A stretch of DNA of 64,000 bases. Source: Utricularia gibba (Eukaryota; Plantae; Magnoliophyta). Under the pieces are notes generated by a model. That model saw nothing but the letters and a program-made list of their open reading frames with translations, had not been told where the DNA came from and searched no databases. Position numbers and translations under genes: made by a program. The stretch lies in assembly GCA_002189035.1 (NCBI GenBank), contig NEEC01000015.1, forward strand, positions 744,001 through 808,000, written 5' to 3'. Every line of letters starts with the position of its first letter. Positions within the stretch are counted from its first letter, which is position 1. This document shows, piece after piece, positions 26,803 to 39,702 of this stretch.

Positions 26803-27513
26803 GGTGGTATCAGAGCCAATCTTTCTCTTCTTCATCTCTTATTTATCTTGTTTTTGTTTCGTTCTTAGAAAGAAAAAAAAAACCAGAAACTAGTCCAGAT
26901 CTATATTGATTTGGTTATCTTGTCTTTTGCTCATCTCTTCTTCTGAAAAGAAGAACCAAGGGGGGTTTCTTATCTTTGTTTCTTCCATCCTTTTCTTCTG
27001 GATTGCTGCAAAAAAAAAAAAAAACGTGTTGAAGGGAGAAAGAAAGTTAGTAGCTGAATTTTCAACTTTTCACACATAAGAAAAGTCAAAAAAAGAAGTT
27101 AGTCATTTGAATCCATTGAATCTTCTCTTTACCAAAAAAAAAGAAAAGTCAATATTGTACAACTTTGTCTATTGTCCTACTTCTATTTCATTTTAACTCT
27201 TTTCAATTGTCTACCTACCTCTTTTGGTGTTAATCACAAAAAGTTACACTCTATCTTTCCATTCCTACTCTTACTTAACCATTATTACTATTACCATCAC
27301 CAAGTCTTATATTGTTCGCTTTCTTTATCCCATTCATTACTCTAGCCACCCTTATCTCTTTAAACCACACTTAGATGGATTTTTTAAGGTTTATTGAGTC
27401 TTAAAGTTCAAGAGGACTTGAGGTTTGGAAATTCTTTCTTTCTTCATTTACTTCTATCTTTCTGTCGTTGTACTCTTTCCTTCTTTTTGTCTACACTTTT
27501 CTCTTGTAGTAGG

Positions 27514-30500
27514 ATGTCGAGCTCTAATAACCCTGCAGAAGAATCAAATGTTATGGATGTTCGTTTCGTACTTAATGCAATGCAAAGTGAGTTCAGGAGA
27601 TTACAAAGATGCATGGAACAAATCCACGTCAAACTAGAGTACCATGATGAATCTCTCAAGAACATCAAAAAGCAAGAAGAGGACAGTGTCTTCCATGGAA
27701 GAACAAGAGTTCCAACACACCATAGCAGAAGGAATTCTCAACAAGAAAAAGATTTGGAATCTGAGGCTGAAGAGGCAAAGCATGGTGAACAAAGGAGAAA
27801 CAATGACAACATCCCTGATGAGTATGATTCATCTAGTGGTGATGATACAGAACGAAGATCTCAAAGAAATTGGAGGCCAAATCGTGGTGTGAGATATGAT
27901 GAAAGACCCAGGGGTAGACACACACGTGAATACAAGGAATTTGATAACATCAAGATGAAAATCCCTTCTTTTCAAGGGAAAAACGATCCAAATGCCTACT
28001 TGGAATGGGAGACTCGTGTGGAGCATGTGTTTGATTGTCACAACTATTCTGCAGTCAAGAAGATCAAGCTTGCTGTTGTTGAGTTTACAGATTATGCCAT
28101 AACTTGGTGGGATAAAGTAGTACTCAACAGAAGACGAAATGATGAAGAACCAATTCGCACTTGGGCTGAAATGAAGAGGATCATGAGAAAAAGGTTCATT
28201 CCCAGCCATTACCAAAGAGATCAACACCAAAACTTGCAGAAGCTCACCCAAGGGAGCAAAACCGTGGAAGAATATTGGAAAAAAATGGAGGTGTTAATGA
28301 TTCGAGCCAATATAATAGAGGATAGGGAAGCTACAATAGCAAGATTCCTCTATGGTTTAAACAAGAAAATCTCTCAAGTGGTCCAGTTGCAACACTATGT
28401 GGAGATTGAAGACATGTTGCATGTTGCAATAAAGATTGAGAAGCAACTAAAGTCTAAGGGACAACATAGAGACCATCCAAAACCTTCTACCTCGTGGAAT
28501 GTTGCTGGAAGTAAGGAGAAGAAACCAAATTATCTTTCATTTGGGAAATCAACCAAGTTTGGACCGATGAAAGAGGGCACTTCAGATACTCGAAACCAGG
28601 AAAGAGTATTTAAGTCTTCTGGACCAACACGAAATATCAAGTGTTTCAAATGTCTTGGCCATGGTCATATTGCTTCGGAATGCCCAAACAAGAGGACCAT
28701 GATTCTAAGGGACTCTGGAGACGTTGAATCTGATGTTGAGTGTGAAAGTAGAAGTGAAGTACAGGAGATAGATGATGGGGAACAACAACCTGTCATTGGT
28801 GAAAGTTTGGTAACAAGAAGGACTTTAGCCATGGATGCTAAGCCAATGGAGGAGGAACGAGAAAACTTATTCCATACACGTTGCTTTGTGAATGGGAAAG
28901 TTTGTAGCCTAATAATCGATGGAGGCAGTTGCGCAAGCGTTGCTAGTGTTCTCATGGTGGATAAACTTCATCTTCCTACTCTTAAACATCCAAATCCCTA
29001 CAGGCTTCAATGGTTGAACGAAGGGAGCGAAATAAAGATCACTAAACAAGTTCTTGTTGCTTTTCAAATTGGAAAGTATCAGGATGAGGTTCTTTGTGAT
29101 GTAGTGCCCATGCATGCTGGACACATACTCTTGGGAAGGCCGTGGCAATACGATAGGAAGGTGATCCATGATGGCTATACTAACAAGTATTCCTTTTCTA
29201 TGAAAGGAAAACAAATCACATTGGTGCCTTTATCTCCAAAAGAGGCACACGAGGATCAAGTTAAGATTGCTACTGCTATCAAATCCTTTGGTGATTCGAG
29301 GAATGAGAGCTTGGGAGAGAAAAAAGAGATATCACGAGAAAGAAAAAGAACACCTAAAAAAGAGAGTGAAAAGAAAGACGTGAATGAAGGAGTTGTGAGG
29401 AAAAAAGAAGTGGAATGCCTTGTTGCAAGAATGAGTGATGTGAAAAGAGTGTTACATGCCAGAAATCCCTTTCTTTTGCTCTTGTTTAAAGAGACTTTGT
29501 CACACAACTCTAACTCACAAGAGGATCTTCCTACTTGCATTAAACTTGTTTTGCAGGAATTCAATGATGTTTTTCCTGAAGAATTGTCTGGATTACCACC
29601 ATACCGAGGAATAGAACATCAAATTGATTTCGTTCCTGGTGCTCAAATCCCAAACTGAGCTGCATATAGAGCTAACCCTGAAGAAACCAAAGAAATCCAA
29701 CGCCAAGTAGAGGAACTCATGGCTAAGGGGTTGGTGAGGGAAAGTGTGAGTCCATGCTCAGTTCCATTATTATTGGTGCCAAAACATGATGTAACATGGA
29801 GAATGTGCACTGATTGTCGAGCCATCAACCAAATAACGGTTAAGTACAGTCATCCTATACCTAGACTTGATGATATGTTAGATGAATTACATGGATCATG
29901 CATTTTCTCTAAGATCGATTTGCGTAGTGGATATCATCAAATTAGGATGAGAAAGGGGGATGAATGGAAATCTGCTTTCAAAACTAAGTTTGGTTTATAT
30001 GAATGGTTGGTTATGTCTTTTGGATTGACTAACGCACCTAGTACTTTTATGAGGTTAATGAATCATGTATTGCGTCCCTTTCTTGGTAGATTTGTTGTTG
30101 TTTACTTTGATGATATTCTTGTGTATAGTAAGACACTGGATGAACATACATGTCATTTACGTGAGGTGTTGTTCGTCTTGAGAAAAGAGTGTTTATATGC
30201 TAATATCAAAAAATGCGACTTTTGCACAAACAAAATCTCTTTTCTTGGCTATATTGTAAGTGATTTAGGAATTTTAGTAGATGAAGACAAGGTGAAAGCA
30301 ATTAGAGAATGGCCAACCCCTACCACAGTTGGAGAAGTGCGCAGTTTCCATGGATTGGCTAGCTTCTACCGTCGTTTTGTCAAGGATTTCAGCACAATTG
30401 CTGCACCATTGAACGAGGTTGTGAAGAAAAATGTTCAATTTTGGTGGGGAGAATCACAAGAACATGCTTTCAAGACACGTAAGGATAAGCTTAGCTCAGC

Positions 30501-32370
30501 TACTTTACTTACATTATCTGATTTCTCTAACACGTTTGAAATTGAATGTGATGCTTTTGGAGTTGGAATAGGTGCTGTTCTCATGCAAGGAGGTCGACCT
30601 ATTGCCTATTTCAGTGAAAAGTTGGGTGGAGCTACACTCAATTACCCAACTTATGATAAAGAGTTGTATTCATTGATAAGAGCACTTGAAACTTGGAAAC
30701 ACTATCTTTGGCACAAAGAGTTTGTTATCCATACAGACCATGAAAGTTTGAAGCATGTCAAGAGTCAAAAAAATCTCAATAGAAGACATGCAAGATGGGT
30801 GGAGTTCATTGATACCTTTCCTTATGTTATCAAATACAAGAAAGGTAAGGAGAACATTGTTGCAGATGCATTGTCACGAAGGTACATACTTTTAGCTACT
30901 CTTGATGCTCAAATTCTTGGATTGTCAACGATAAAAGAATTTTACAGTCTTGATCATGATTTTAAAGATATTTATCTTTCATGTGAACATAAACCTCTTG
31001 AAAACTTTCATAGGCAAGATGATTTTCTTTTCAAAAAGAACAGATTATGTATTCCTGAATGTTCAATTCGTGAGTTTTTAGTGAAAAAAGCTCATGGTGG
31101 TGGTCTAATGGGGCATTTTGGGGTCACCAAGACGTTGGACATGCTTCAACAACACTTCTATTGGCCACACATGAGAAAAGATGTAGAAAAAATATGTGGA
31201 AGATGTTTGGTGTGCAAGAAAGCCAAATCAAAATCAACTTCTCAAGGATTGTACACTCCTCTTCCTACTCCTCTTTATCCTTGGATTGACCTTTCTATGG
31301 ATTTTGTTTTAGGATTACTGAGGACTCAAAAGGGAAAGGATTCAATATTTGTAGTCGTGGACCGGTTCTCCAAGATGGCACATTTCATTGCTTGTCACAA
31401 GACTGATGATGCTTCGCATGTTGCTGATTTATTCTTCAGGGAGATTGTTAGGCTTCATGGTATGCCACTTACCATTGTAAGTGATCGTGACACGAAGTTT
31501 CTTAGCCACTTTTGGCGTACACTTTGTAGTAAGTTGGGAACAAAGCTTCTTTTCTCTACCACTTGTCATCCTCAAACTGATGTACAAACCGAGGTAACAA
31601 ACCGAACCCTAGCTACCCTACTTCGTGCCGTCATCAAAAATAACATTAGAACATGGGAAGATTGCTTACCTCATGTTGAGTTTGCATACAATAGAGCAGT
31701 ACACTCTTCTACTCATTGTTCTCCTTTTGAAATTGTGTATGGTTTTAATCCTCGTGCTCCTATAGATTTGTTGCCCTTGCCATCTGATGAATTTTGTAGG
31801 TTTGATGGTGCTAAGAGAGCAGAAGCCATCAGAACACTACATGAGAAGGTTCGAAATCAATTGGAAGCCAAAAACAAGGAGTATGCAGCTAAAGCAAATA
31901 AACATAGGAAGAAAGTTACTCTACAACCAGGAGATTGGGTTTGGGTACATTTTCGAAAGGAAAGATTTCCAAGCAAGAGACATTCAAAGCTTTTGCCCAG
32001 AGGAGATGGACCCTTTCAAGTCATTGAGAAAATCAATGATAATACATATAAGATTGATCTTCCAGGTGAGTTTTCGGTGCATTCCACGTTCAATATTGCT
32101 GACTTGGTTTCTTGTGATGTAGATAGTGACGATTCAAGGATGAATCTGCTAAAAGAAGGGGGGGATGATGAGATCATGGATGCTACTGATTATTCCAATG
32201 AAGACAAAGGACACAAGATCAATAATTTTCCATTGATTTCAGTTGGGCCAATCACTAGATCAAGAGCAAGAATAAATCAAGAAGTGCTTAAGACCTTATG
32301 GGCCAATCACCCAAGCTATGAGGTGTTTGGGATGGAATTCAACATTATCAAAGTGGATCAACTTGATTAG
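27514..32370 (+). CDS. gag-pol polyprotein interrupted by one in-frame stop (29656-29658)
   Basis: Gag [18 protein letters not shown], zinc knuckle [14 protein letters not shown], protease [21 protein letters not shown], RNase H and integrase with HHCC and core motifs. The two ORFs are in the same frame across PN*AAYR. Confidence 0.92.
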
Positions 32371-32574
32371 AGAAGGCCTATTACGACCAAATACATTATT
32401 ATGACTACTTTGCCTCCAATAAGGCCCAATCCTTCAACTATATAAGAAGGGTCTTACTCTTGTTTTGGACAACTTTAATTGTAATCACTTTTGAGAACAA
32501 ATTCTCCTTCCTTGAGTTCTTGTACAACTTAGACTTATCAAGCCTTGCTTGTGGTGTCTAGTGTATGGTTTATC
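32166..32574 (+). repeat. 3' LTR, lacking the distal 162 bp
   Basis: The match to the 5' LTR stops abruptly after ggtttatc (5' LTR position 26640). Confidence 0.9.
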
Positions 32575-32760
32575 TTACACCATTTTGTGATACAAGGTTT
32601 AATTTCATCACCCTAGCTTCTTATATGGTGTTAGAAGAGCAAAATCTATATTATGAAAAGTTTTAACTAGGGACATTACAAAACTCATAACGTTGTGCTA
32701 ATAATTCTAGAAAAAATTGTAATACGTACTTTACAATTTCACTTAAATAATTCTAGACAA
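32575..32760 (-). promoter_or_regulatory. Orphan SINA-cassette promoter plus ATG (32583) pointing into the 3' LTR
   Basis: The reverse complement matches 25460-25647 (atagattttgctc..aaca.c.atataagaagctagggtgatg..aattaaaccttgtatca..atgg). The reading is ATG GTG TAA at the junction. Confidence 0.75.
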
Positions 32761-34079
32761 AGTACACAATTAGTTGCGTGCTAAAGTAGAATTAGATTAG
32801 TAATTTGCATGTGAATTATATATTTTTTTATTAGTAAAATTTATTACTAAATATTATATCCGTTTACAAAATCTAAGTATATGAAATATATATATATATA
32901 TATATATTGTATAACAATAAATATGAATATGACTCTCTGATATATTCCTAATCATCCATCATTATTCTTTTAGCTAGGAAATATATATTTTATAAATATA
33001 AACATTATTACGAGTGATAAAAAGATATTATACGAGGAACAAAATAAGAAATATAAATAAAATTAATTCACTGTTGAGAGTTGTAACCTCATACGACTGA
33101 GTATTTGATTATATGTCCATGCACATTTATGTAAGCTAACAATATCTTTTTTAGAGCCATTTTTGGGTTTAAAATAAAATTAGTTTTATATAAAACTCTT
33201 TACTAAACAAAAACTTATTAAAGTCATTTAAAACTTCTATGAAACATACCCTAATGTCAATTCTTTTAAATCAAATTGATTTTTAGTTTTTTTCCAAGCA
33301 CCCGAAAAAAGGACAGAAACATCGCAAATTATTGGCACACATAAACCCACCGTTCCTCTGACACCACGCGTAAATAATCTTGATGAATGTTTACAAATTC
33401 ACGTATTTAAGAAAACGTGTGGATCAAATATCTATTCTTTTTAAAGTTGGGGATTTAACCTTTTAAGTGCAGCTACTAAGCCCAGACCAGGTAACGCAAG
33501 CCCAACCCACCTAAACACCCACTTTGAATTAGTGTTCTGATCGGTTTGAAATAAATACTTCATAAACCACAGTTCGATTTTAAATTCAATTTTGATTTTA
33601 ATTTGAAACTGAAATTATAAATCTTGAATCGAACCCAAAGCAAAATCGCAACCGAAACGCATGTTTTCGTTTCGAACCCCAATTTTAAATATTAATAATT
33701 AATTTAAAAATAAAAGTTATATTTTTCATAAATTTTTTTATGGATGTCTAGAAACATTTCCAAAAATATCAAATTTTTTTTCAATGATTATTATGAATGC
33801 TTGAAAACACTATATTTTTTTAAAAAAATTTCAATCACCCATAATGACTTGTTTTGATGTCTGTAAATATCTCAAAAATATCTACTATGTTTCATGTATC
33901 CATAATATGTGGGTGTCTAAAAAACAATATTTTTTTATCCTTTTTTTCAGGCATCCATAGCTGTTCATAGGGTGACTTAAACCTTTATTGCTTCCAAAAA
34001 TGATGAGCCGACATGAAACGGACAATTCTGATTTGTACAAAAAAAGTCAAAAAAGTCAGAATGCTTGAAAGATGCCCTA

Positions 34080-34330
34080 ATTGCCATCTTTGGCCATTGC
34101 ACTGATACAAGGTTTAATTTCATCACCCCAGCTTCTTATATAGTGTTGGAGGAGCAAAATATATATTATGAAAAGTTAATATCTTTTGAACAACATTACA
34201 AAATTCACTATGATATGTTAATAATCTTGTAATATATACTTTGCAATTACAATTTAACTAGGTACGTTACAAAACTCATATTGTTGTGCTAATAATTCTA
34301 GAAAAAGTTGTAATCTGTGTTTTGCAATTA
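34080..34330 (-). promoter_or_regulatory. Orphan SINA-cassette promoter with a stub ORF (MAKDGN*)
   Basis: The reverse complement reads attttgctcctccaacactatataagaagctggggtgatgaaattaaaccttgtatcagtgcaATGG. TATA at ~34136-34142, ATG at 34097. Confidence 0.75.
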
Positions 34331-35084
34331 TAATTTAATTCAACGTATCACACAATTTCCATGATTGTTTAAAAATTACTATTTAATTCGTTTTACATGA
34401 GGAATTGTTCATGGTAAAAGTTATATTAAATTTTATTACTACAACATAAAATCATTAGATACAATTTATTTGTTCTTCATTTTCTCATACAGTAAGTACT
34501 AAATAATATGGTTGGTTAACGTAAAATGAACCAAAATCATCTGAAACATAGCTAGCATTGAGATGTAAATATAAAGTATTAACTATAATTTATAATAATA
34601 TACAGCATACATTATGTCTGAAATGTACAAAAGTTCGTCATATATTAACTATTACATGAAATGATTTATTGTATATAATTACAAATTTTAAATCAATGAT
34701 GATTGAAAATTCAAACACGTATGTACGCAATATTATGCACTGCTTTTTTCTTATATTATGTCCTTTAGTGTTATCAAAATAATTTTTGGATATTTTTACT
34801 GATATCAGTTATTATTTATAGTCAAATATTCTCTATATTTTCCCCCATGAATTGATTGCAAAAAATGATTCATTGAAAGAATTTTGAGAATATTATTTTA
34901 GAAAGAATAATTCATCTACTTATTTAAGAGACTCGTTACATAACACAAGCCAATATATTAAATCTCTTTGCTTCTCCAGGGTATATCATTATTATACATG
35001 ATGTTGCCATATACTTTACATTTTATTATGATAAATTCTTGGTTTAACTAAATGATTCTTATAACATAATAAAATACATAGAGT

Positions 35085-35546
35085 AATTAATCTAATGATA
35101 TGTTATTCAACACGCCTGGAGGAGGAGGACGACGAAGAGGGTCTTCCTCGAAAGTGGGCGACTGGATGAGCTGCCGAGACCTACAGCAAATCGGGCCTCC
35201 GCAGAAGGGACATAGTGACAATCGTTTTTTTTTTCAAATACAATTCATGCAAGTAAAAAAAACAAAAAACTACTGAATAAATTAGACCCGTCATGGACCC
35301 ATTGTAGATGATAATAGTGCCCTTGTATGCTACTATGGGTCTCGAATTTATTCAGAAAGTATTTTTTTTTTTACGTAATATGAATTTTATTTGGAAAGTC
35401 CTGTGTACTGTCACTATGCCCGGTTCTGGCGAGGCCGCCCGATTTACTTGGACACGGAGCGGGTCATCCAACGTCAACCGCTTTGGAGGAAGACCTCCTC
35501 GTCGTTCCCCTCCTCCAGACGTGTTGAATAAACAATTAGATTAATT
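35085..35546. repeat. SINA-RING-derived inverted repeat (hairpin E1)
   Basis: Arms share tgtcactatg.cc..ttctg..gaggcc, gaggaagacc, cctccag.cgtgttgaataa and attagattaatt. The left arm on the minus strand encodes CPFCGGPICCRSRQL. Confidence 0.8.
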
Positions 35547-35701
35547 CTTGTATGATTACTATATGTATTTTATCTGACCGCGTAAGTTAAACACAATAAT
35601 TTTCAATTTCTTTTTCTTTCATCAATTAGTATTATAAAATTATAATAATTTCCATGTAATAATTATTAATCTTGTTTTTGTTTATTAGGACGGCCCCGAG
35701 G

Positions 35702-35950
35702 CGCCTTTGTCTGTCCTCTATGATGTGCTCCATGTCACGGCACCTACAAGACAGTGGCCCACAACATTGTGGGCATCTTTCAAGTTTGTGGCCTTCCGCA
35801 CACTTCCACAAACATACATATTCTTTCTGGAAGTGTCCGGAAGCCCACATTGTGTGTGACGCCACAAACTGGAAAGATACCCACACTGTTGTGGGCTACT
35901 GTACTGCACGTGCCGCCACGTAGAGCACCTCATACAGGACAGGCAGACGG
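35702..35950. repeat. SINA-RING exon-2-derived inverted repeat (hairpin E2), loop 19 nt
   Basis: The minus arm reads CAEGHKLERCPQCCGPLSCRCRDMEH; the plus arm reads CPEAHIVCDA..KLERYPHCCGLLYCTCRHVEH (frameshifted). Confidence 0.8.
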
Positions 35951-36879
35951 GTCATTTAGAAAAATGGACATCTTTCCCACCTATATTATAACATTTTTGA
36001 AATCTATTTTTATTTTTCAAAATTACTTTTAAAAAGTAGAAATAAAAAGTAAAATTAACTAACTCCTTACTTTTCCAAAAATAATTTTTGTAGTTATAAT
36101 TTTAAAAGTGTTTTTGATAAAATTACTTTTCGAATTAAAAGTTATTCTAGAACAAAAATATTTTTATTTTTGAAAAATATAAATAAATTTTAAAAATTTT
36201 ACAGAACACTGTTTAATTCAAAATTTTTACACATAAGTTTACCACTTTTCTACAGTGACTACTTTTCTAAATCACTCCACGACAGACACGCTGCGGCAAA
36301 ATGCGCCTCGCGACCCTCCTAATAAACAAAAACAAGACTGATAGTTTTATATTTATTATATTAAATTAATATATTTTGCAAGGCACCCCCGGCCCATCGA
36401 CCTAGTGTTTGTTTAAAAGAATATTTTATAAAATAAATTATTTAATTTTTAAATATTGATTTTAATCAACTAATTAATATAAATAAATAAATTAGTATAA
36501 TTCTCATTGTCTATAAAACATGTAATGTGATTAATCAAAAATTAATTAAAATCATCCAAAGACAAAAAGTATAAAAAATATTTATAGATAAATATTTAAT
36601 TTTTTATTTAAAAAATATGAAAACAAGACTGGTCAATTTTCTACATTGCATTTTATGGTCCTAAGCCCAATCAATACTGAGCATATGGGTGTCGGGCCGA
36701 AAAGCCCTATAGATTCTAGAATCGGGCCAGATCAGCCCATAGATTCGACCTAAACTTTCATTTATACTAGCCATCCATCGTATTTGAAATCAGATGTATT
36801 GACCGTTGTACTCTTTATCAAAACCCTAGTGCAATCCTTATCTCAGTTGAAGGATTTTTTTGTCCATCCTCAACAGGTA

Positions 36880-37700
36880 TTTAAACCGACCTAATCAGTA
36901 AAATTAATGTTTATGATTATTTATATACTACCTTTTCTGATATTGTTCCTTTTGTATTATAAAAATATTTTTTTGATATTTTTACAGTCAAATATTCTCT
37001 GGATTTTCAATTGAATGCAAAAGATGATTCATTTACCTAACTTTGAGAATAGTATTTTAGAAAGAAGAATTCATCTACTTATTTAAGATATTCGTTTCAT
37101 AATATAATGCATGTCAATCTATCAAATGTCCTTGCGGATCATCCTCTTTCAAGGGTTGGCATCATCTTCTTTCAATTAGCTGAATTTCTGGTGGAGATTA
37201 ACGGTTATTATGCAAGAATGTGCCATTATTGTGCATTTTATTATGATAATTTCTTGATTCAACTAAATGACTCTAATAACATGATAAAATGCAAACAGTA
37301 ATTAATCTAATAAATAGGTTATTCAAATCGGGCGGGCCCGGGAGAAGGGGCATGGAGCGGGGTTTTTTTTAAAAAAAATATCCACTATGTTTTGATTATA
37401 TTAGAAATTTAACTATTCTACGTGTATTTTTTTGTGCTTAATGTATGAAAGAAATGAACAGTGAGTATTTTTTAAAAACACCCATGGAGCGGGTCATCCC
37501 AGTCAACCCCTTCCCAGGAAGACTTTTCTCATATTCCTCCTCCTCCATCAGATTAATTTTTGCATAATTAATTACTCAATTAGTATAAAAAATGATCACA
37601 CAAATATTAACCTTACCGCCTAAGTTAAAACATAATTTTCAATTTCTTTTTCTTTCTTCAATTAGTATTTTAAAATTATAAGAATTTCCATAATCCCTCA
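36880..37700. repeat. Cassette copy F, a paralog of 34770-35680 with the hairpin core lost
   Basis: Shares gtcaaatattctct, attttagaaagaa.aattcatctacttatttaaga, ggagcgggtcatcc..gtcaacc and taagttaaa..ataattttcaatttctttttctttc with the E unit. Confidence 0.7.
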
Positions 37701-37894
37701 CACAATCCAATCAAAAATGATACTTTATACCATCCTATTTGTTGCCCATTCTACCCTCCATGAAAACCCTATTGCATCATATCTGAATGGGTATCATTCT
37801 CATCCGGTTTATACGGATTTATGTTATGATAATTAACTAATTTTATTTACCACTGAAAATTAAATTCTCAGGTATATTATTTTACAAATACGAC

Positions 37895-38278
37895 TTAATC
37901 ATTCTTTTGTTTGTCGGTGTCGGGGACTGGGGGAGGAGCCGGATCTCCATCTCCATCTCCCTCGAGAATAGACCGAAATATCTTTTCCAGGTCTGAACAC
38001 CTGCAACAGATTGGTCCCTTACAGATTGGGCATTCCGCCAATTTGTGGAAGCATGGCTCACACACAATAATCTCTCCTTCTCCGCACTGCATTCAATTTA
38101 TTTTTTTTCTTAAAAATAAATATTGGTAATTAAAACAACAAATAAAATAAAACCAAAAAAAGGTTACCGAGAAGATGGGCCCTCTGATGGGGCCGACACC
38201 GCACGCCGAGCAATTAAAGAGGTGGGCAGGGACATAACATAGCTTCTTTTTCTCCATCTTGTTCATACGAGTTTTCAT
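37895..38278 (-). CDS. SINA-type RING micro-gene, intact ORF (up to 100 aa; exons 38278-38168, 38086-37895), His ligand replaced
   Basis: ..LFNCSACGVGPIRGPIFS|CGEGEIIVCEPCFHKLAECPICKGPICCRCSDLEKIF..; GT-AG intron of 81 bp; family TATA module at ~38294-38300. Confidence 0.7.
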
Positions 38279-39702
38279 TTCACCAACAACTTATTATATA
38301 TCGATGGAGGACCAAAATCTATGTTACGAAAATATGTGATTTACGGACAGGATTACGCTTTAATTAAGAACGCGCTATCATATTATAATAATTCTCGAAA
38401 ATGACATTGCGATATTAACGGTGCGTATTGTAAAGTCAGGGGTCTGATTATGATATACTACATTAATTACAGATGAAGGAATTGATGTGGTTAAATAGAG
38501 AGATATTTTGAATCTTTTACTAAGGACTTTTTCTTAAAAAATAATAACGTACAACTATAAAGATTTGATTTTTGAATTAAATAATATCATATAAAATAAG
38601 TATGAATCATTATGTTGATATCAGACTAAAATCTGGGTGTGTATCAATAGTGGGACAACAGAGAGAATTAAGTCTATGAGTATATTTCAATTATCACACA
38701 TTGATTATAGATCGGTACGTGATTAATGAGTAAAAATTTTACTAATCTTATATGAGACATTTTCTAAAAAAGATAAAAAAAAACGTAAAATCATGAGGGT
38801 TGAATGGTCAATACACATAATATTGTGAAAAGTAATTGTAGTTGGTGACATGCATGGTGCAATATGTATCAATTTTGATTATTGGAGGGCAAAGACCCCC
38901 ACCCCCTATTCCTTACCTCGGGCGAAGGCCCATAAAGAGGAGCCGGTCCAGGAAACGTATGGGCTTGTTCCATGGTGAACCCATTCCCCGGCCCAAAGCT
39001 TGAGATGAGACACCTCTTTGTAGAATAGAATGCATGATAATTTTTTTTATAATTTTTTAGAAATGTATTTAAAATTATAACATGGAAAGAGAATTAATGC
39101 AGCTCATGTCCCGATTATGCAATTTAAACAACAACCATTTTTATGTATTAAAAAATAATCATTATTGATTTTTCAGAATTGTACAAAAGGTAGTCCTAAC
39201 TGCCACGAACAAATCCGTACGGGTAAAAACCTAAAACAGCGGCCTGTCGCCCCCCGGATTCGCATTCTGGGGATGGACGAAGATGCCACCCCACCCACCC
39301 AAGAAACGACACCGTTTCTGGAAGCATCGATGGCGGAGGACGACGACACTGTTGGTTACAGTTCATTTACCCATGATATGATGATTCTTCGGCAAATGGT
39401 TTGGCGTATTTGTGTAATTAAGAAGATGTTGGGAGGGTAATTCCTTGAGGAAGTTCCGAATTCCCCTGCAACTTGCGCACCCCACTTGCTCGAAACCGCC
39501 TGACAATGGAAAAGCGAGGGCGAGAAACGCAGAAAAATCTTCATGATGTTTGCTCTGCAACTATTCGGAGATATTTTCTCTTCTGCCGGTTCGTATACTT
39601 TGTCTGTTCTTCGTGAATCGCTCATAGGATTCATCGACTGTTTTCTTGTAGACGCTTTTCCCCAGGTTCCTCGGCCACAAATAAAGAAGAAGAAGCATAA
39701 GA

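Larger units (their letters stand above)
26232..32574 (+). mobile_element. Ty3/gypsy LTR retrotransposon, CRM (centromeric chromovirus) clade; 3' LTR truncated
   Basis: 5' LTR TG..CA at 26232-26802, tRNA-Met PBS tggtatcagagc at 26805-26816, polypurine tract before 32166, and 3' LTR at 32166-32574. The gag-pol ORF runs into the 3' LTR with the [10 protein letters not shown]-type motif. Confidence 0.92.

Noticed and set aside
29656-29658. Programmed stop-codon readthrough between gag and pol
   Set aside because: The TGA replaces the Arg of the conserved PNRxAYR stretch downstream of the protease, so a CGA-to-TGA mutation is more likely.
33530-33960. Degenerate ~60-bp subrepeats and aaccga-rich tract
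   Set aside because: Looks like a decayed non-autonomous DNA transposon, but no termini could be defined.
35690-35975. Apparent minus-strand SINA exon 1 (MSIFLNDPSACPV*)
   Set aside because: It is just the antisense reading of the plus-strand arm of the hairpin.
36370-36410. Possible Helitron 3' end (..cctagt) suggesting Helitron transport of the cassette; similar motifs at ~39220 and ~41235
   Set aside because: No convincing subterminal hairpin or matching 5' TC end, and not repeated consistently across cassettes.
39165-39440. ORF upstream of PYL (MDEDATPPTQETTPFLE..)
   Set aside because: No homology recognised; it lies in the probable promoter or leader region.
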